64,000 nt of DNA from a virus (Duplodnaviria > Caudoviricetes). Below, one piece after another: positions 43,299-54,400 of the stretch; position 1 is the first letter of the stretch; every line of letters starts with the position of its first letter. Where the stretch lies: IMG/VR virus record IMGVR_UViG_3300008116_000002; one strand, 5' to 3'. A model generated the notes under the pieces. That model was not told the origin of the DNA and did no database searches. It saw only the letters and a program-made list of their open reading frames with translations. The translations under genes were made by a program, and so were the position numbers.

Positions 43299-46200
43299 AT
43301 GACAAGAGCACGAGTATTTTCAAAAGGTTTGGGTGGCGGAGGCGGAGCAAATGCTAATATAAATTTAGCAGATGTCCTACCTCTTCTTACTACTGCTAAT
43401 GTAATTGAGATTTTCCCAAATGTTTACTACAGTAATGCTAGAGTATTTGCAAATATTAATCTTGCAAGTCTAGATGATCTGTTTGATGTAGGAAATACTA
43501 CTGGTAAGGTCGCAGGACAAGGGCTAGTTTGGAATGGAAATGTTTGGACATTTGGTAACATTTCTGCAAATTTAAGTCTATTTACTACTGACGATTTACC
43601 TCAGGGCAATACCAATTTTTACTTCTCTAATGCTCTGGCTAGACGAGCATTTACTGCAGGAACCCCTTCAATTGTAATCGACTGGAATCTAGGTACCATT
43701 TCGGCTAACCTAGAAGCAGTTGCTGCGTCTGCAAATACAACTGATACATTACCAGAAGGCGCTGTTAATCTTTACTATAGAGACTCGAGAGCGCACGCTA
43801 ATTTAAAATTAGCTAGACTTTCTGATTTAAGTGATGTATATACAAAAGGTGATATCCTACCAACAGGTCATCCTGGGGCAGGAACTCCCTTAACTCAAGT
43901 AAATACCGGATATACTTTAGTTTGGCATGAAGAATCTAATTCATGGATTGCCGGCAGAGTAGTATCTGAAGAATCAAATGTTGCTAATTCTGCAATAGAA
44001 GCCAATACTGTATTAAGTCTTGGTAATCTTACAACAAATGATTTAGCTGAAGGCAATGTAAATTTCTATTTTACCAATGCTCGTGTTTTAGCCAATGTAG
44101 AAAGAATGAGTATCAACGTATTGGCAGATGTCAATACTTCAGATAGTCAAGAAGGTTACATACTTACTTACATTGGATCTACTTGGGTTGCAAGATCTCT
44201 AGGTAATATCTCAAATATTGATATTGTAGTATCCACAAACTTCGCAAACACCGCAGGGTTAGCTAATGTTGCTCTAATAGCCAATACTGCAAATTTAGCT
44301 TTAGTAGCTAGTGTTGCAAACTTAGCCCTTAATACCCAATTAGCTAATTCTGCGACCTTCGCATTTACTGCAAACGTTGCGAACCTTGCGTTAGTAGCAT
44401 TGACTGCTTTAACAACAAATGCGGCAACACAGGTTCAGAATTTAAATAATTTTACTACTGCTAATTTAGCAGAAGGTGTAAATCTTTACTATACAAATGC
44501 AAGAGTTCTATCTAATGTAGAACAAATGAGTATTAATGTATTGGCAGATGTCAATACAACAAATGTTTCCGTTGGTACAGGCATTGGCTATGTTTTAACT
44601 TGGACAGGTTCAGAATGGGCGCCTAATGCCTTGCCCGGTGCAAGCGATACTTCAGGTTTTGCAGAAAGATCCAATGTAGCTAACGTAGCGTTGTCCGCAG
44701 TATCTACAGAAAGAGCTAATGTAGCAAATACTGTTTTAACGCTAAGTAATTTTACAACTGCGGATTTACGCGAATCTTTTAGCAATCTTTATTACACATC
44801 TCAAAGAGTACGAGATGATATTCAAAATGCTATTCTCAATAAAGATATTGAGATAGGCGATGCAATTGTTAATGGTAATCTTAATGTTAGGGGAAATTTA
44901 ACATTACTAAATAGCGATAATGTTTTAGTTAAAGCCAGAAGAATAACTTTAGCTTCACAGGCATCTGGAGTATCCCAGGCAGAAGGCGCTGGCATCTATA
45001 TTGAAGGTGCCAATGTAGCATTCGCATATAGTCAGACAAATGATGGTTGGGGTTTAGATAAAAATCTAACCATCAATGGTAACCTATTACCTGCAGTAAA
45101 TGGACAATATAACTTAGGTCAACCCGGAAAGTTATGGAGAGGCGTTTATATTGGCGCCCAAACCATCTTCTTAGGCAATACCTCTATTGGTGAAAATCCA
45201 ACGGGCGGATTAATCGTTCAAGATCAGTTTGGTAATCCTGCAGGAATTGATTTATCTAATATTGTTGGTACCGAATATGTTTCGATTAACAGATTAATAG
45301 GTAATACAAACCCCGAAATAGAAAATCAAGCCTATATCGGCGGTAATGTTAAGCAATTCACATCCGGCAAGACGGGTAATATTTACTTTGGTATTTTAAA
45401 GGATGGAACTGTTAACGAATTCGCAGGTATGCGAGTTATTGAAGCCAATATTGATGGTAATGTAAGAAGTGATGTTCTATTCTACAATGATTATGAAAAT
45501 AGAAATAATTCTACAATTAGATTGGGATTATATGGTGATGGTAATATTGGTTTAACAAGTAATCTTGTTATATTCAATAACATTAATTTAATTGATAGAT
45601 TTGGTAATTTTGTAGGTAACGCATTCTTAGGTACTACAGACGTAGCAATAGAAAAAGGCGGCACCGGCGCTAACACCCGACCAAATGCAAGAAGAAATCT
45701 ATTCTCAGATTTCTCGGGCGGCCTTGTAGCTAAGATTGGCGGAGCAACAAATACACTTGTAGCAACATCTATTGTTGCAGGTACAGGTGTTTATGTAACG
45801 GATGGTGATGCACAGAATGGTAGTCCAACTATTGCTATTGGTCAGAACGTACATCCTACTGCATCAGTTATATTTAGTAACGTTACTGTTAATGGACAAT
45901 TAAACAGCGATGACATTACTGCGGCAGTTATTACCGCAAGAACAGATTTAATTGTTCAAGGTAATTTGACAATTCGTGGTAATATTACTACAATTAATTC
46001 TACCACAGTAGTAATTGATGATAAGAATTTAGTACTTGCGAATAATGCGATCGATGCATCGCAAGCGGATGGTGCGGGCATTACAATTAATGGTGCCAAT
46101 GCTACAATTAATTACGCAAGTGGCGGCGACAAGTTTGTAGTAAATAAAGCATTAGAAGTACAAGGCAATTTAACTTTAGGTTCGTATTCTGTTACCGCAG

Positions 46201-46913
46201 AACAAGTTAATGTTACTGGCGATAAAGTAATTCTTCTTTCATCGGTTGCAGGATCACCAACTTCCAATGCAAGCTTAGTAGTAAATAGAGGATCCAGTCC
46301 AGATGTAGATTTAAAATGGAATGAATCTACTGATCGTTGGGAATTTACTAACGACGGCACAAACTATTTTGTTTTACCCAGACCAGAAGAATATGACAAT
46401 GTAATATATGATGTTTCAATACAGAGTGGAACCACTCCTGCTCTAAGTGCTAATTTAATTCTAAATGGAAGAAAATCTGGTAATGTAATTTCTACAGATA
46501 GAATTGAAATTGTTGGTTCTGGTTTAGTAAAAGTAACAAGAACAAATGATGACAAGTTAAATATTGCAGCAGGCGTTGGTACAATTACAGTAACAAATAT
46601 TGATAATGCCGGAAATTATGTTCTAGATCAATTTCCGCTAGGAACCTATAGATCAGCAAAGTACGTTTATAGTGCTTTAACGACATCATATATTTCTGGC
46701 GGCCCACATCACGCAACAGGAGAAATTTTAGTATTGCATGATGGTGCAAATGCGTATATTACTCAGTATGCAATGTTGACGTCTACAGACGATGATGTAA
46801 TTAATTTGGACGCCGACATAAATAGTGGGAACCTAAGATTGTTAGCAACTGCAACGTCGGGTGGTCATTTGGTTACCTTAAAATTAACTGGTATAACTTA
46901 TACTGAAATATAA
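43299..46913 (+). CDS. Long tail fibre/baseplate protein
   Basis: Repeated TTxxLxEGxxNLY(F/Y)(T/S)NxR motif, V.DKNLVLA..GAGI blocks, C-terminal YRSAKY...GEILVLHDG..AYITQYA. Confidence 0.75.
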   Translation: MTRARVFSKGLGGGGGANANINLADVLPLLTTANVIEIFPNVYYSNARVFANINLASLDDLFDVGNTTGKVAGQGLVWNGNVWTFGNISANLSLFTTDDLPQGNTNFYFSNALARRAFTAGTPSIVIDWNLGTISANLEAVAASANTTDTLPEGAVNLYYRDSRAHANLKLARLSDLSDVYTKGDILPTGHPGAGTPLTQVNTGYTLVWHEESNSWIAGRVVSEESNVANSAIEANTVLSLGNLTTNDLAEGNVNFYFTNARVLANVERMSINVLADVNTSDSQEGYILTYIGSTWVARSLGNISNIDIVVSTNFANTAGLANVALIANTANLALVASVANLALNTQLANSATFAFTANVANLALVALTALTTNAATQVQNLNNFTTANLAEGVNLYYTNARVLSNVEQMSINVLADVNTTNVSVGTGIGYVLTWTGSEWAPNALPGASDTSGFAERSNVANVALSAVSTERANVANTVLTLSNFTTADLRESFSNLYYTSQRVRDDIQNAILNKDIEIGDAIVNGNLNVRGNLTLLNSDNVLVKARRITLASQASGVSQAEGAGIYIEGANVAFAYSQTNDGWGLDKNLTINGNLLPAVNGQYNLGQPGKLWRGVYIGAQTIFLGNTSIGENPTGGLIVQDQFGNPAGIDLSNIVGTEYVSINRLIGNTNPEIENQAYIGGNVKQFTSGKTGNIYFGILKDGTVNEFAGMRVIEANIDGNVRSDVLFYNDYENRNNSTIRLGLYGDGNIGLTSNLVIFNNINLIDRFGNFVGNAFLGTTDVAIEKGGTGANTRPNARRNLFSDFSGGLVAKIGGATNTLVATSIVAGTGVYVTDGDAQNGSPTIAIGQNVHPTASVIFSNVTVNGQLNSDDITAAVITARTDLIVQGNLTIRGNITTINSTTVVIDDKNLVLANNAIDASQADGAGITINGANATINYASGGDKFVVNKALEVQGNLTLGSYSVTAEQVNVTGDKVILLSSVAGSPTSNASLVVNRGSSPDVDLKWNESTDRWEFTNDGTNYFVLPRPEEYDNVIYDVSIQSGTTPALSANLILNGRKSGNVISTDRIEIVGSGLVKVTRTNDDKLNIAAGVGTITVTNIDNAGNYVLDQFPLGTYRSAKYVYSALTTSYISGGPHHATGEILVLHDGANAYITQYAMLTSTDDDVINLDADINSGNLRLLATATSGGHLVTLKLTGITYTEI

Positions 46914-46916
46914 TAA

Positions 46917-49900
46917 ATGCAAGATTTTAGAGTAAAATCCGGACTAAGAGTCGATGGTAATGTATATGGCGTTACCAATTTAACCGTTACCTATAGCGGT
47001 TCCTTTGGTAATATTAGAGTTACCGGAGATATTGTAGGTAATGTTGTTGGCACAGTTAGTAGCTTAGCCAATCATACTACATCAAATCTTGCAGAGGGTA
47101 ACAATCTATATTATACAAATGCCAGAGCATACGCTAATTTAACTTTAGCCAGTATCAATGCTCTGGCGGATGTTGATACTGTTAATGTTTCTCCGCTATT
47201 AGGATATGGATTACTTTGGGACGGTTCAAAATGGGCGCCAAACGTAATCACAGTTTCAGATACAGAATTAGCGAATGTTGCTAATAGTGTTCTTGGTATT
47301 GTACAACAATCTATTTCATCATTCCAAGCAAATGCTGCTCTCGTATCGGAAGAAGCAAACGTTGCTAATGTTGTTAGAACTTTAGCGAATTTCACTACTG
47401 CAAACTTAGCAGAAGGTACTAATCTTTACTTTACTTCTGAAAGAGTGCTAGATGCCTTAGAAGGCAATAATGTTACAGTTAATAATTTAACTGTATCTGG
47501 TGATTTAGAAGTACAAGGAAATATTGTAACTATTAATACTGCAACACTAGTTGTAGAAGATAAAAATATTCTTCTTGCGAACGGTGCAATTAATGCCGGC
47601 CAAGCTAACGGTGCAGGTATTACCATTGCGGGTGCAAATGCATCCATTACATATGATTCAGCCAACGATCAATTTGAAACTAATAAAGATTTAGAAGTAC
47701 AAGGTAATGTAAATATTGCCGCAGCAACTGAAGCAGCAAATGGATCGACTACTGGCGCACTAACAGTTACAGGTGGCGCATATATTGCTGGTAATTTGAA
47801 TGTTGCTGGTGCAATATTCTCAGAAGCAGAGCCGGTAATTAATTTAAGTGCAATGAATCAGAGCTTGGCGGTATTAAGATCGCAAGTTCTCGCACCTTCA
47901 AGTAACGTATTATATGTAAATGGCAACGGTGATGATGCAAACGATGGTTTCTCATATGCAAACGCTCTTGCTAATATTCACACTGCATTAAATCGCGCAC
48001 AACCTTGGACAACAGTTTTTGTTAAGAGCGGCGATTATGTACTTTATAATCAGCCAGTAACAATTAAGCAAAGAGTTGGTTTGGTTGGTGATAACTTAAG
48101 AACAACAACTGTTAGACCAAGTCAAGCAAACGTAGATATGTTCTACGTTGAAAACGCATCATATGTAACAGGAATTACATTTAGAGATCATATTGCACCT
48201 GCTGCAGTATTCTCATATAATCCAGATGGTTCCGCTGGAACTATTGTAACAAGCCCGTACATCCAAAATTGCTCATCCATTACAACTACCGGTACAGGTA
48301 TGCGTGTAAATGGTAATTATGTAAGCGGATTACGTTCAATGGTTTGTGATTCTTATACCAATACTAATGAAGGTGGTATAGGAATTCATATGTTGAACAG
48401 AGGCTATACTCAGTTAGTTTCTGTATTTACTATTTGCTGTGATATTGCTGTACTTTGCGAGGATGGAGGTTTCTGTTCTATCACAAACTCCAACGCATCG
48501 TTTGGTAGATTGGGTCTATTAGCAAGAGGTGTTAGCCAGCCGCTAAACTTCGGAAAGTTCGATTCAATCGTAGATACGGATGAAGGAACCAAATATTTAA
48601 TTAAGGATTTGAATTCAAGACCGAACTATGGTGACGCAGTTCTGTTTGCCAATTACAATCAAGAAAAATGTTCTAGAGACACAGGTTTAATTGTAGATTC
48701 ATTGGCATTTGATTTGGCATATCAGTCAAATACACAATCTGCTTTCTCTGGTTTACAATATTGGGCACAAGCAGAATCTGCTATTCCAAACCAGGCAGAG
48801 GAAACAATTGCCGCATTTAATTATGCTAAAGATTTAGCAACGAATGTTGCATTAAATATTACCATTACATCTCCAAGACAAGCAAATGTTACCCAAACAT
48901 CTGGCACTGCTGGGGCATGGGTATCGAGAATTTCTGACGGATTTGATTTAGTTGCAAATATTATTACCGGCGGAACGATAGGTGTAACTGATAGAATTAT
49001 TCCAAATGGATTCCCTGCAAATACAAATGTAGCTGTTAATGATGCAGCCAATTTAGTTCTTCTGAACAAGTCATTTATTCAGAAAGAAGTAATTGCATTT
49101 GTTAATCAAGAATATCCAGGATTCTTTAGTAATGCAAGTAATTTTATTGATGCAGCAAATGCTGCATCAAAATGCGAAAGAGATACAGGTTACTTACTTG
49201 ATAGTATAGTATTTGACTTCCTACATAATGGTAATAGACAAGCTATTACTTCGGGTGTATATTATTATAATAATGATTTCAATACTACACAAATTGCCAA
49301 TCAAATTCCGCAAACAACTGCGGCATATGATTTTATTGGATCCATAGTTGATGATATTGTAAGAAATAAAAAGGTTGCGGCATATAATCAAGAAAAATGT
49401 GAAAGAGATACTGGTCTAATCGTAGATTCTCTAGCATTTGATTTAGCTTATAATAGTAATACGCAATCCAACTTCGCAGGTTTACAATACTGGTCTCAGA
49501 CATCTTCGGCAATCCCTAACCAGTCTGAAGAAACTGTGGCAGCAATTAATCATGCCAAAGTATTAGCTGCAAATGTTGCACAAAATATTACTATTGCTTC
49601 TCCAAAGCAAGCTAATATTCTGCAAGTATCTGGTACAGGTGGTAGCGCACTAGAGTCAAATACAATTACTAATAATTATAACTTAATTATTGATATTATT
49701 AATAATGGAACTGTTGGTGTAACTGATAGAATTGTTCCTAACAGATTCCCCGCTAATTCTGATGTAAATGTTAATAATGCTGCGAATTTAATTCTTTTGA
49801 ATAGATCATTTATCCAGGCAGAAACAATTGCGTATATAAATCAAACATACCCAGGATTCTTTGCTAACGCTAATAACTTTATTGATCCTGTAAATGCAGA

Positions 49901-51062
49901 AGCAAAATGTTCAAGAGACGTTGGATTCATTTTAGATAGCGTAGCTTTTGATTTAAGACATGATGGTAATAGACAATCGATTCAATCGGGTGTGTTCTAC
50001 TATAACTTCAGTGCAAACACAACTCAAATTAATGATCAGATTGTACAGACCGGCGCAGCATATAATTTTATTGGTAGTATCATAGATGAGGTTGTAAGAG
50101 GAGTTCCTGTAGCAAATGTAAGGCAAAATGTCTATACTCAAAATACTACAGCAGCGACTGCCGCAACCTTTGAAGAAGCAAACATTGTTCTGCAGAAAAT
50201 TAGTTTAATTAATAATATTATTACTAGTGGGCCAAATGTTGCTCTGGCCAAAACATCATTAAGCGGAAATGTTATTACAATCTCCACAAATGTGTCAAAT
50301 GCAGTTAAATTAATTTTAGCAAACAAAGATTTTATTAGAGCAGAGACAATTGAATTTGTAAATGCTACATTGTTCGATCCTCCGTATCAGTCTGTTTATA
50401 GACAAAATACTACAGCTTTCCCTGCGGCAAGTTTAACCGAAGCAAACTTAGTATTAAATAATATAGATCTAATTACAAATATTATTGAGAATGGTGCAAA
50501 TGCTGCTCCTGCTAGAAGACCAATATCTTATAGTACGTTAAGTAATGACTCAAATGTAATTAATGCAGCTAAAATTATTCTATCTAATAGAGACTTTATT
50601 GTTGCAGAAGTAAATGGATACATTAATAGAAATTGGGCAAATATTAGTAATGGAACAGTTGCTTTCTATACAGTAGCTAACAGCACACCGCTTGTAGGAA
50701 ATACTTCGTTAGTTACTTTCCTTGAGGGTGCGATAGAAGATATTACTCCGATAGCAAATTCTACAGTGAGTTTCCATCAACCAAGTTATATTTCTGCGTT
50801 GGGTTACACATTTGAATATATTGGTTCGGGCACTAATTTACAAACGGCATTACCGTATAATGGCGGATTCCCGATTCAAGAAAATGAAGTTACTGAAGAA
50901 AAAGGCGGAAGAGTTTATTTCACAAGTACAGACCAACAGGGCGACTTTAGAATTGGTACAGAACTAGTTTTCAATAGAGTAGATGGAACAATTTCAGGTA
51001 GAACATTTACCAAGGCATTGTTCTCAGTTATGACACCATATATATTAGCAGTCGAAGGATAA
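46917..51062 (+). CDS. Large baseplate/tail protein (paralogue of 36425..39328)
   Basis: Same YVNGNGDD...SPYIQNCSSIT and FTSTDQQGDFRIG blocks; NYNQEKCxRDTGLIVDSLAFDLAY block repeated. Confidence 0.75.
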   Translation: MQDFRVKSGLRVDGNVYGVTNLTVTYSGSFGNIRVTGDIVGNVVGTVSSLANHTTSNLAEGNNLYYTNARAYANLTLASINALADVDTVNVSPLLGYGLLWDGSKWAPNVITVSDTELANVANSVLGIVQQSISSFQANAALVSEEANVANVVRTLANFTTANLAEGTNLYFTSERVLDALEGNNVTVNNLTVSGDLEVQGNIVTINTATLVVEDKNILLANGAINAGQANGAGITIAGANASITYDSANDQFETNKDLEVQGNVNIAAATEAANGSTTGALTVTGGAYIAGNLNVAGAIFSEAEPVINLSAMNQSLAVLRSQVLAPSSNVLYVNGNGDDANDGFSYANALANIHTALNRAQPWTTVFVKSGDYVLYNQPVTIKQRVGLVGDNLRTTTVRPSQANVDMFYVENASYVTGITFRDHIAPAAVFSYNPDGSAGTIVTSPYIQNCSSITTTGTGMRVNGNYVSGLRSMVCDSYTNTNEGGIGIHMLNRGYTQLVSVFTICCDIAVLCEDGGFCSITNSNASFGRLGLLARGVSQPLNFGKFDSIVDTDEGTKYLIKDLNSRPNYGDAVLFANYNQEKCSRDTGLIVDSLAFDLAYQSNTQSAFSGLQYWAQAESAIPNQAEETIAAFNYAKDLATNVALNITITSPRQANVTQTSGTAGAWVSRISDGFDLVANIITGGTIGVTDRIIPNGFPANTNVAVNDAANLVLLNKSFIQKEVIAFVNQEYPGFFSNASNFIDAANAASKCERDTGYLLDSIVFDFLHNGNRQAITSGVYYYNNDFNTTQIANQIPQTTAAYDFIGSIVDDIVRNKKVAAYNQEKCERDTGLIVDSLAFDLAYNSNTQSNFAGLQYWSQTSSAIPNQSEETVAAINHAKVLAANVAQNITIASPKQANILQVSGTGGSALESNTITNNYNLIIDIINNGTVGVTDRIVPNRFPANSDVNVNNAANLILLNRSFIQAETIAYINQTYPGFFANANNFIDPVNAEAKCSRDVGFILDSVAFDLRHDGNRQSIQSGVFYYNFSANTTQINDQIVQTGAAYNFIGSIIDEVVRGVPVANVRQNVYTQNTTAATAATFEEANIVLQKISLINNIITSGPNVALAKTSLSGNVITISTNVSNAVKLILANKDFIRAETIEFVNATLFDPPYQSVYRQNTTAFPAASLTEANLVLNNIDLITNIIENGANAAPARRPISYSTLSNDSNVINAAKIILSNRDFIVAEVNGYINRNWANISNGTVAFYTVANSTPLVGNTSLVTFLEGAIEDITPIANSTVSFHQPSYISALGYTFEYIGSGTNLQTALPYNGGFPIQENEVTEEKGGRVYFTSTDQQGDFRIGTELVFNRVDGTISGRTFTKALFSVMTPYILAVEG

Positions 51063-51068
51063 AATCAA

Positions 51069-51410
51069 ATGGCAACCGCATTAAACGTATTCAGAACAGT
51101 TACAGCAGACCTTACAACCGAAGATAAGTTGTTATATACTGCACCAAGCAGAAAAACATCTATTTTCCTTTCGGTTCAGGCTACTAATCTAACTAATAAT
51201 ACTGTTCAAGTATCTTTTTATCATGGATCAACTGCAAATGTAAAGACTGCTCTTGCTAAAAACTTCAAAATTCCAACAGGCGATTCTATGGCAGTTATCA
51301 GCGCGGGTGCTAAGTTGGTGTTAGAAACAGGACAAAAAGTATATTCAAGCGCAAGCGCAAACAATTCAGTTCAATTAGTAATGAGCGTACTAGAATCAGC
51401 AAATGACTAA
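51069..51410 (+). CDS. Small virion adaptor protein (paralogue of 39339..39701)
   Basis: LNVFRTVTADLTT..LLYTAP...LVLETGQ...MSVLESAN. Confidence 0.7.
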   Translation: MATALNVFRTVTADLTTEDKLLYTAPSRKTSIFLSVQATNLTNNTVQVSFYHGSTANVKTALAKNFKIPTGDSMAVISAGAKLVLETGQKVYSSASANNSVQLVMSVLESAND

Positions 51411-54400
51411 ACTAATATCGGGAAGAATTGCTAAAGTAGACAGCGCTAATGTCAGTGCTGATCGTTATCAATTCATAGAGCTTTCAGAAACAGAACCAGA
51501 TTTAGGCCTACCTTCTGAGTTAGGTCAAATATTCACCTCAGACTTATCCGGTAACAGATATTGGGTTCGTTTAGATACTGCAAACGTAACAGAACTTAAT
51601 AATCTATATTTTACCAATACTAGAGTTATAAGTGCTCTTGTTGGTGCAAATGTATCTTTAAATAATTTAATTGTATCCGGTGATCTAGAAGTACAAGGCA
51701 ATCTTGTAACTTTAAATGTGGTTTCCGTTTCAATTGAAGATAAGAATTTATTACTGGCAAATGGTGCCACTAATTCAGCCGCAGCAGATGGCGCAGGAAT
51801 CACTATTGCGGGTGCTAATGCTGAAATAACATATCAAAATACCGGCGATAGAATTAATTTCAACAAACCGGTTAATGTTCAAGGCAATTTAACGATCGAT
51901 GGTTCGTTTGTTGGCAATGGCTTAATAATTAGAAACATTGCTGTTACTGATGAAATATTAACAGGAAATATTTTAGGTCAAGGGTTTACATCTAATACAA
52001 TTGTTGTATCCGAAACCTTAACTGGTAATATAATCACTGCAAATGTAGTAACTTCAAAAGAATGGTATGGCATTTATACTGCCAACGTACTAGAAACTTC
52101 GGGCAACCTGTACTATACAAATGATAGAGTATTCTCATTTGTAACAGGAATGTCTATAGGTGACCTTGTAGATGTTGCAAATATCTATACCCACAATGGC
52201 GGAGCTTATGTAGGTATACAGGAAGGACAAGCTTTAGTTTGGGATGGTAATGTATTTATTCCAGTATTCGTTAATAGTGAAGTTGCAAACGTAGCAGATC
52301 TTGCTGTTAAGGTTCTAAATTTAGAAAATCAAACTACTGCCAATGTCCGTGAAGCAGCATCCAATCTATACTTTACAAATACTAGAGTATTAGATGCGAT
52401 TTCACTTGCAACTATTAATCCAAATAATATTAACGCAAATAATATTGTTGTAGATAGTATTACTGCAAATATTTGGAACAGAATATATACGGCAAATGTA
52501 ATTGAAACTGCAGGTAATTTATATTTTACCACACAAAGAGCTAGAAGTTCCGTTTCAAACAGTACAGGTGTTTATTATAGTTCAGACAATGGGGTGTTCT
52601 CAATTGGACAAGATGTTGCAATAACATCCGATGTTCAATTTAGAGATTTAACACTATCAGGTAATTTATTCATATTAGGTAATGTCGCAATTATTGCAGC
52701 CAATACCTTAGAAATTAATGATCCGATTATACATCTTGGTTTAGGTAATCCAGGTGATCAGTGGGATATTGGATTCGTTGGGCATTATGTAGACGCCGGG
52801 GACAGACACACAGGTCTCTTTAGAGATGCAACTGATAAGAAATTTAAATTTTTCAGCAATACAACTGTAGATCCTAGTAATGTAAATTATATCGATACTA
52901 CTGAAGATTCATTTAGATTAGCTTCAGTTGTTGCAGAGACATTTGAAGGTAATGTAATTGGTACTGTAAGCAGTATCGCCAATCATAATACTGATGCTCT
53001 TGCTGAAGGCGTAAATAACCTTTACTATACCAATGCAAGAACTGTCCAAACAGTAACACCATTATTAACTACTGCAAATGTAGTAGAATTAACTAATCAA
53101 TATTTTACTAACGTTAGAGTTCTACAAGCAGTAGAACCAAGATTAACTACTGCAAATGTAGTAGAATTAACTAATCAATATTTTACTAACGTTAGAGTTC
53201 TACAAGCAGTAGAACCAAGATTAACTACTGCTAATGTAACAGAACTAGATAATCTATATTTTACCAATGCTCGTGTTCTAGCTAATGTAGAACAAATGAG
53301 TGTTAATGTGTTTGCTGATGTTGATATTTCAGGTGTTGCTGTAAATGCAACATTAGTTTGGGATGGTACGAAGTTTGTTCCAGGTTCTACAGATACGTCT
53401 TTAAGATCTAACTTCGCAAATGCTGCAACTTTTGCTAACATTGCAGGATCATCTAATGTTGCCCTACTTGCAGACTTAGCTAATTTAGTATCTTCGTTAA
53501 GTAATCATAATACTTCGAATCTTGCTGAAGGTACTAACTTATATTATACAAATAGTAGAGTTTTATCAGCATTAGTTTTTGCAAATGTTTTAGTTGCGGA
53601 TTTAACAGCAGCAGGTAATCTTGTTGCAAATGGTCTAATCATCCGCGGTATTAATGTTAATGATAATTTTCTGACGGGCAATATTAACATTACGAATATT
53701 GCCGCAGCAAATGTAATTAATGCAAATATTATTTCTGCGCAGCAATGGCAAGGAATTTATACTGCCAATGTAATTGAATCGCCAACAAATTTATACTTTA
53801 CTAATACCAGAGCAATTTCTGTAGTAACGCCTTTATTAACTACGGCGAATGTAAATGAATTTGGATCGAATCTTTACTTTACACCTGAAAGAGTAGTTCA
53901 GACAGTAACGCCTTTATTAACTACGGCGAATGTAAATGAATTTGGATCGAATCTTTACTTTACACCTGAAAGAGTAGTTCAGACAGTAACGCCTTTATTA
54001 ACTACAGCAAACGTAAATGAAACAGGTGCAAATCTATATTTTACCCCTACAAGAGTAGTTCAAACAGTAACGCCTCTATTAACTACAGCAAACGTAAATG
54101 AAACAGGTGCAAATCTATATTTTACAAATGCGAGAGTTTTAGCTTCTCTTGTTAATGCAAATGTTCTAGTTGCAGATTTAACAGCAGCAGGTAATTTAGT
54201 AGCAAATGGTTTAATTATTCGCGGTATTAATGTTACTGATGCTGTACTAACAGGCAATCTTACCGTTACTAATATTACAAATGGTAATGTAATTATTGCG
54301 AATGTTATTTCTTCACAAGTTTGGCAGAATTTATATTCCGGCAACATAATTGAATCCACAAATCTATTCTTCTCAAATGCAAGAGTAAATGTAGCAGTTC

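Noticed and set aside
53065-54135. Possible CRISPR array or DGR template/variable repeat
   Set aside because: Units are contiguous, in frame and lack spacers; differences are not adenine-specific; no cas gene or reverse transcriptase in the window.
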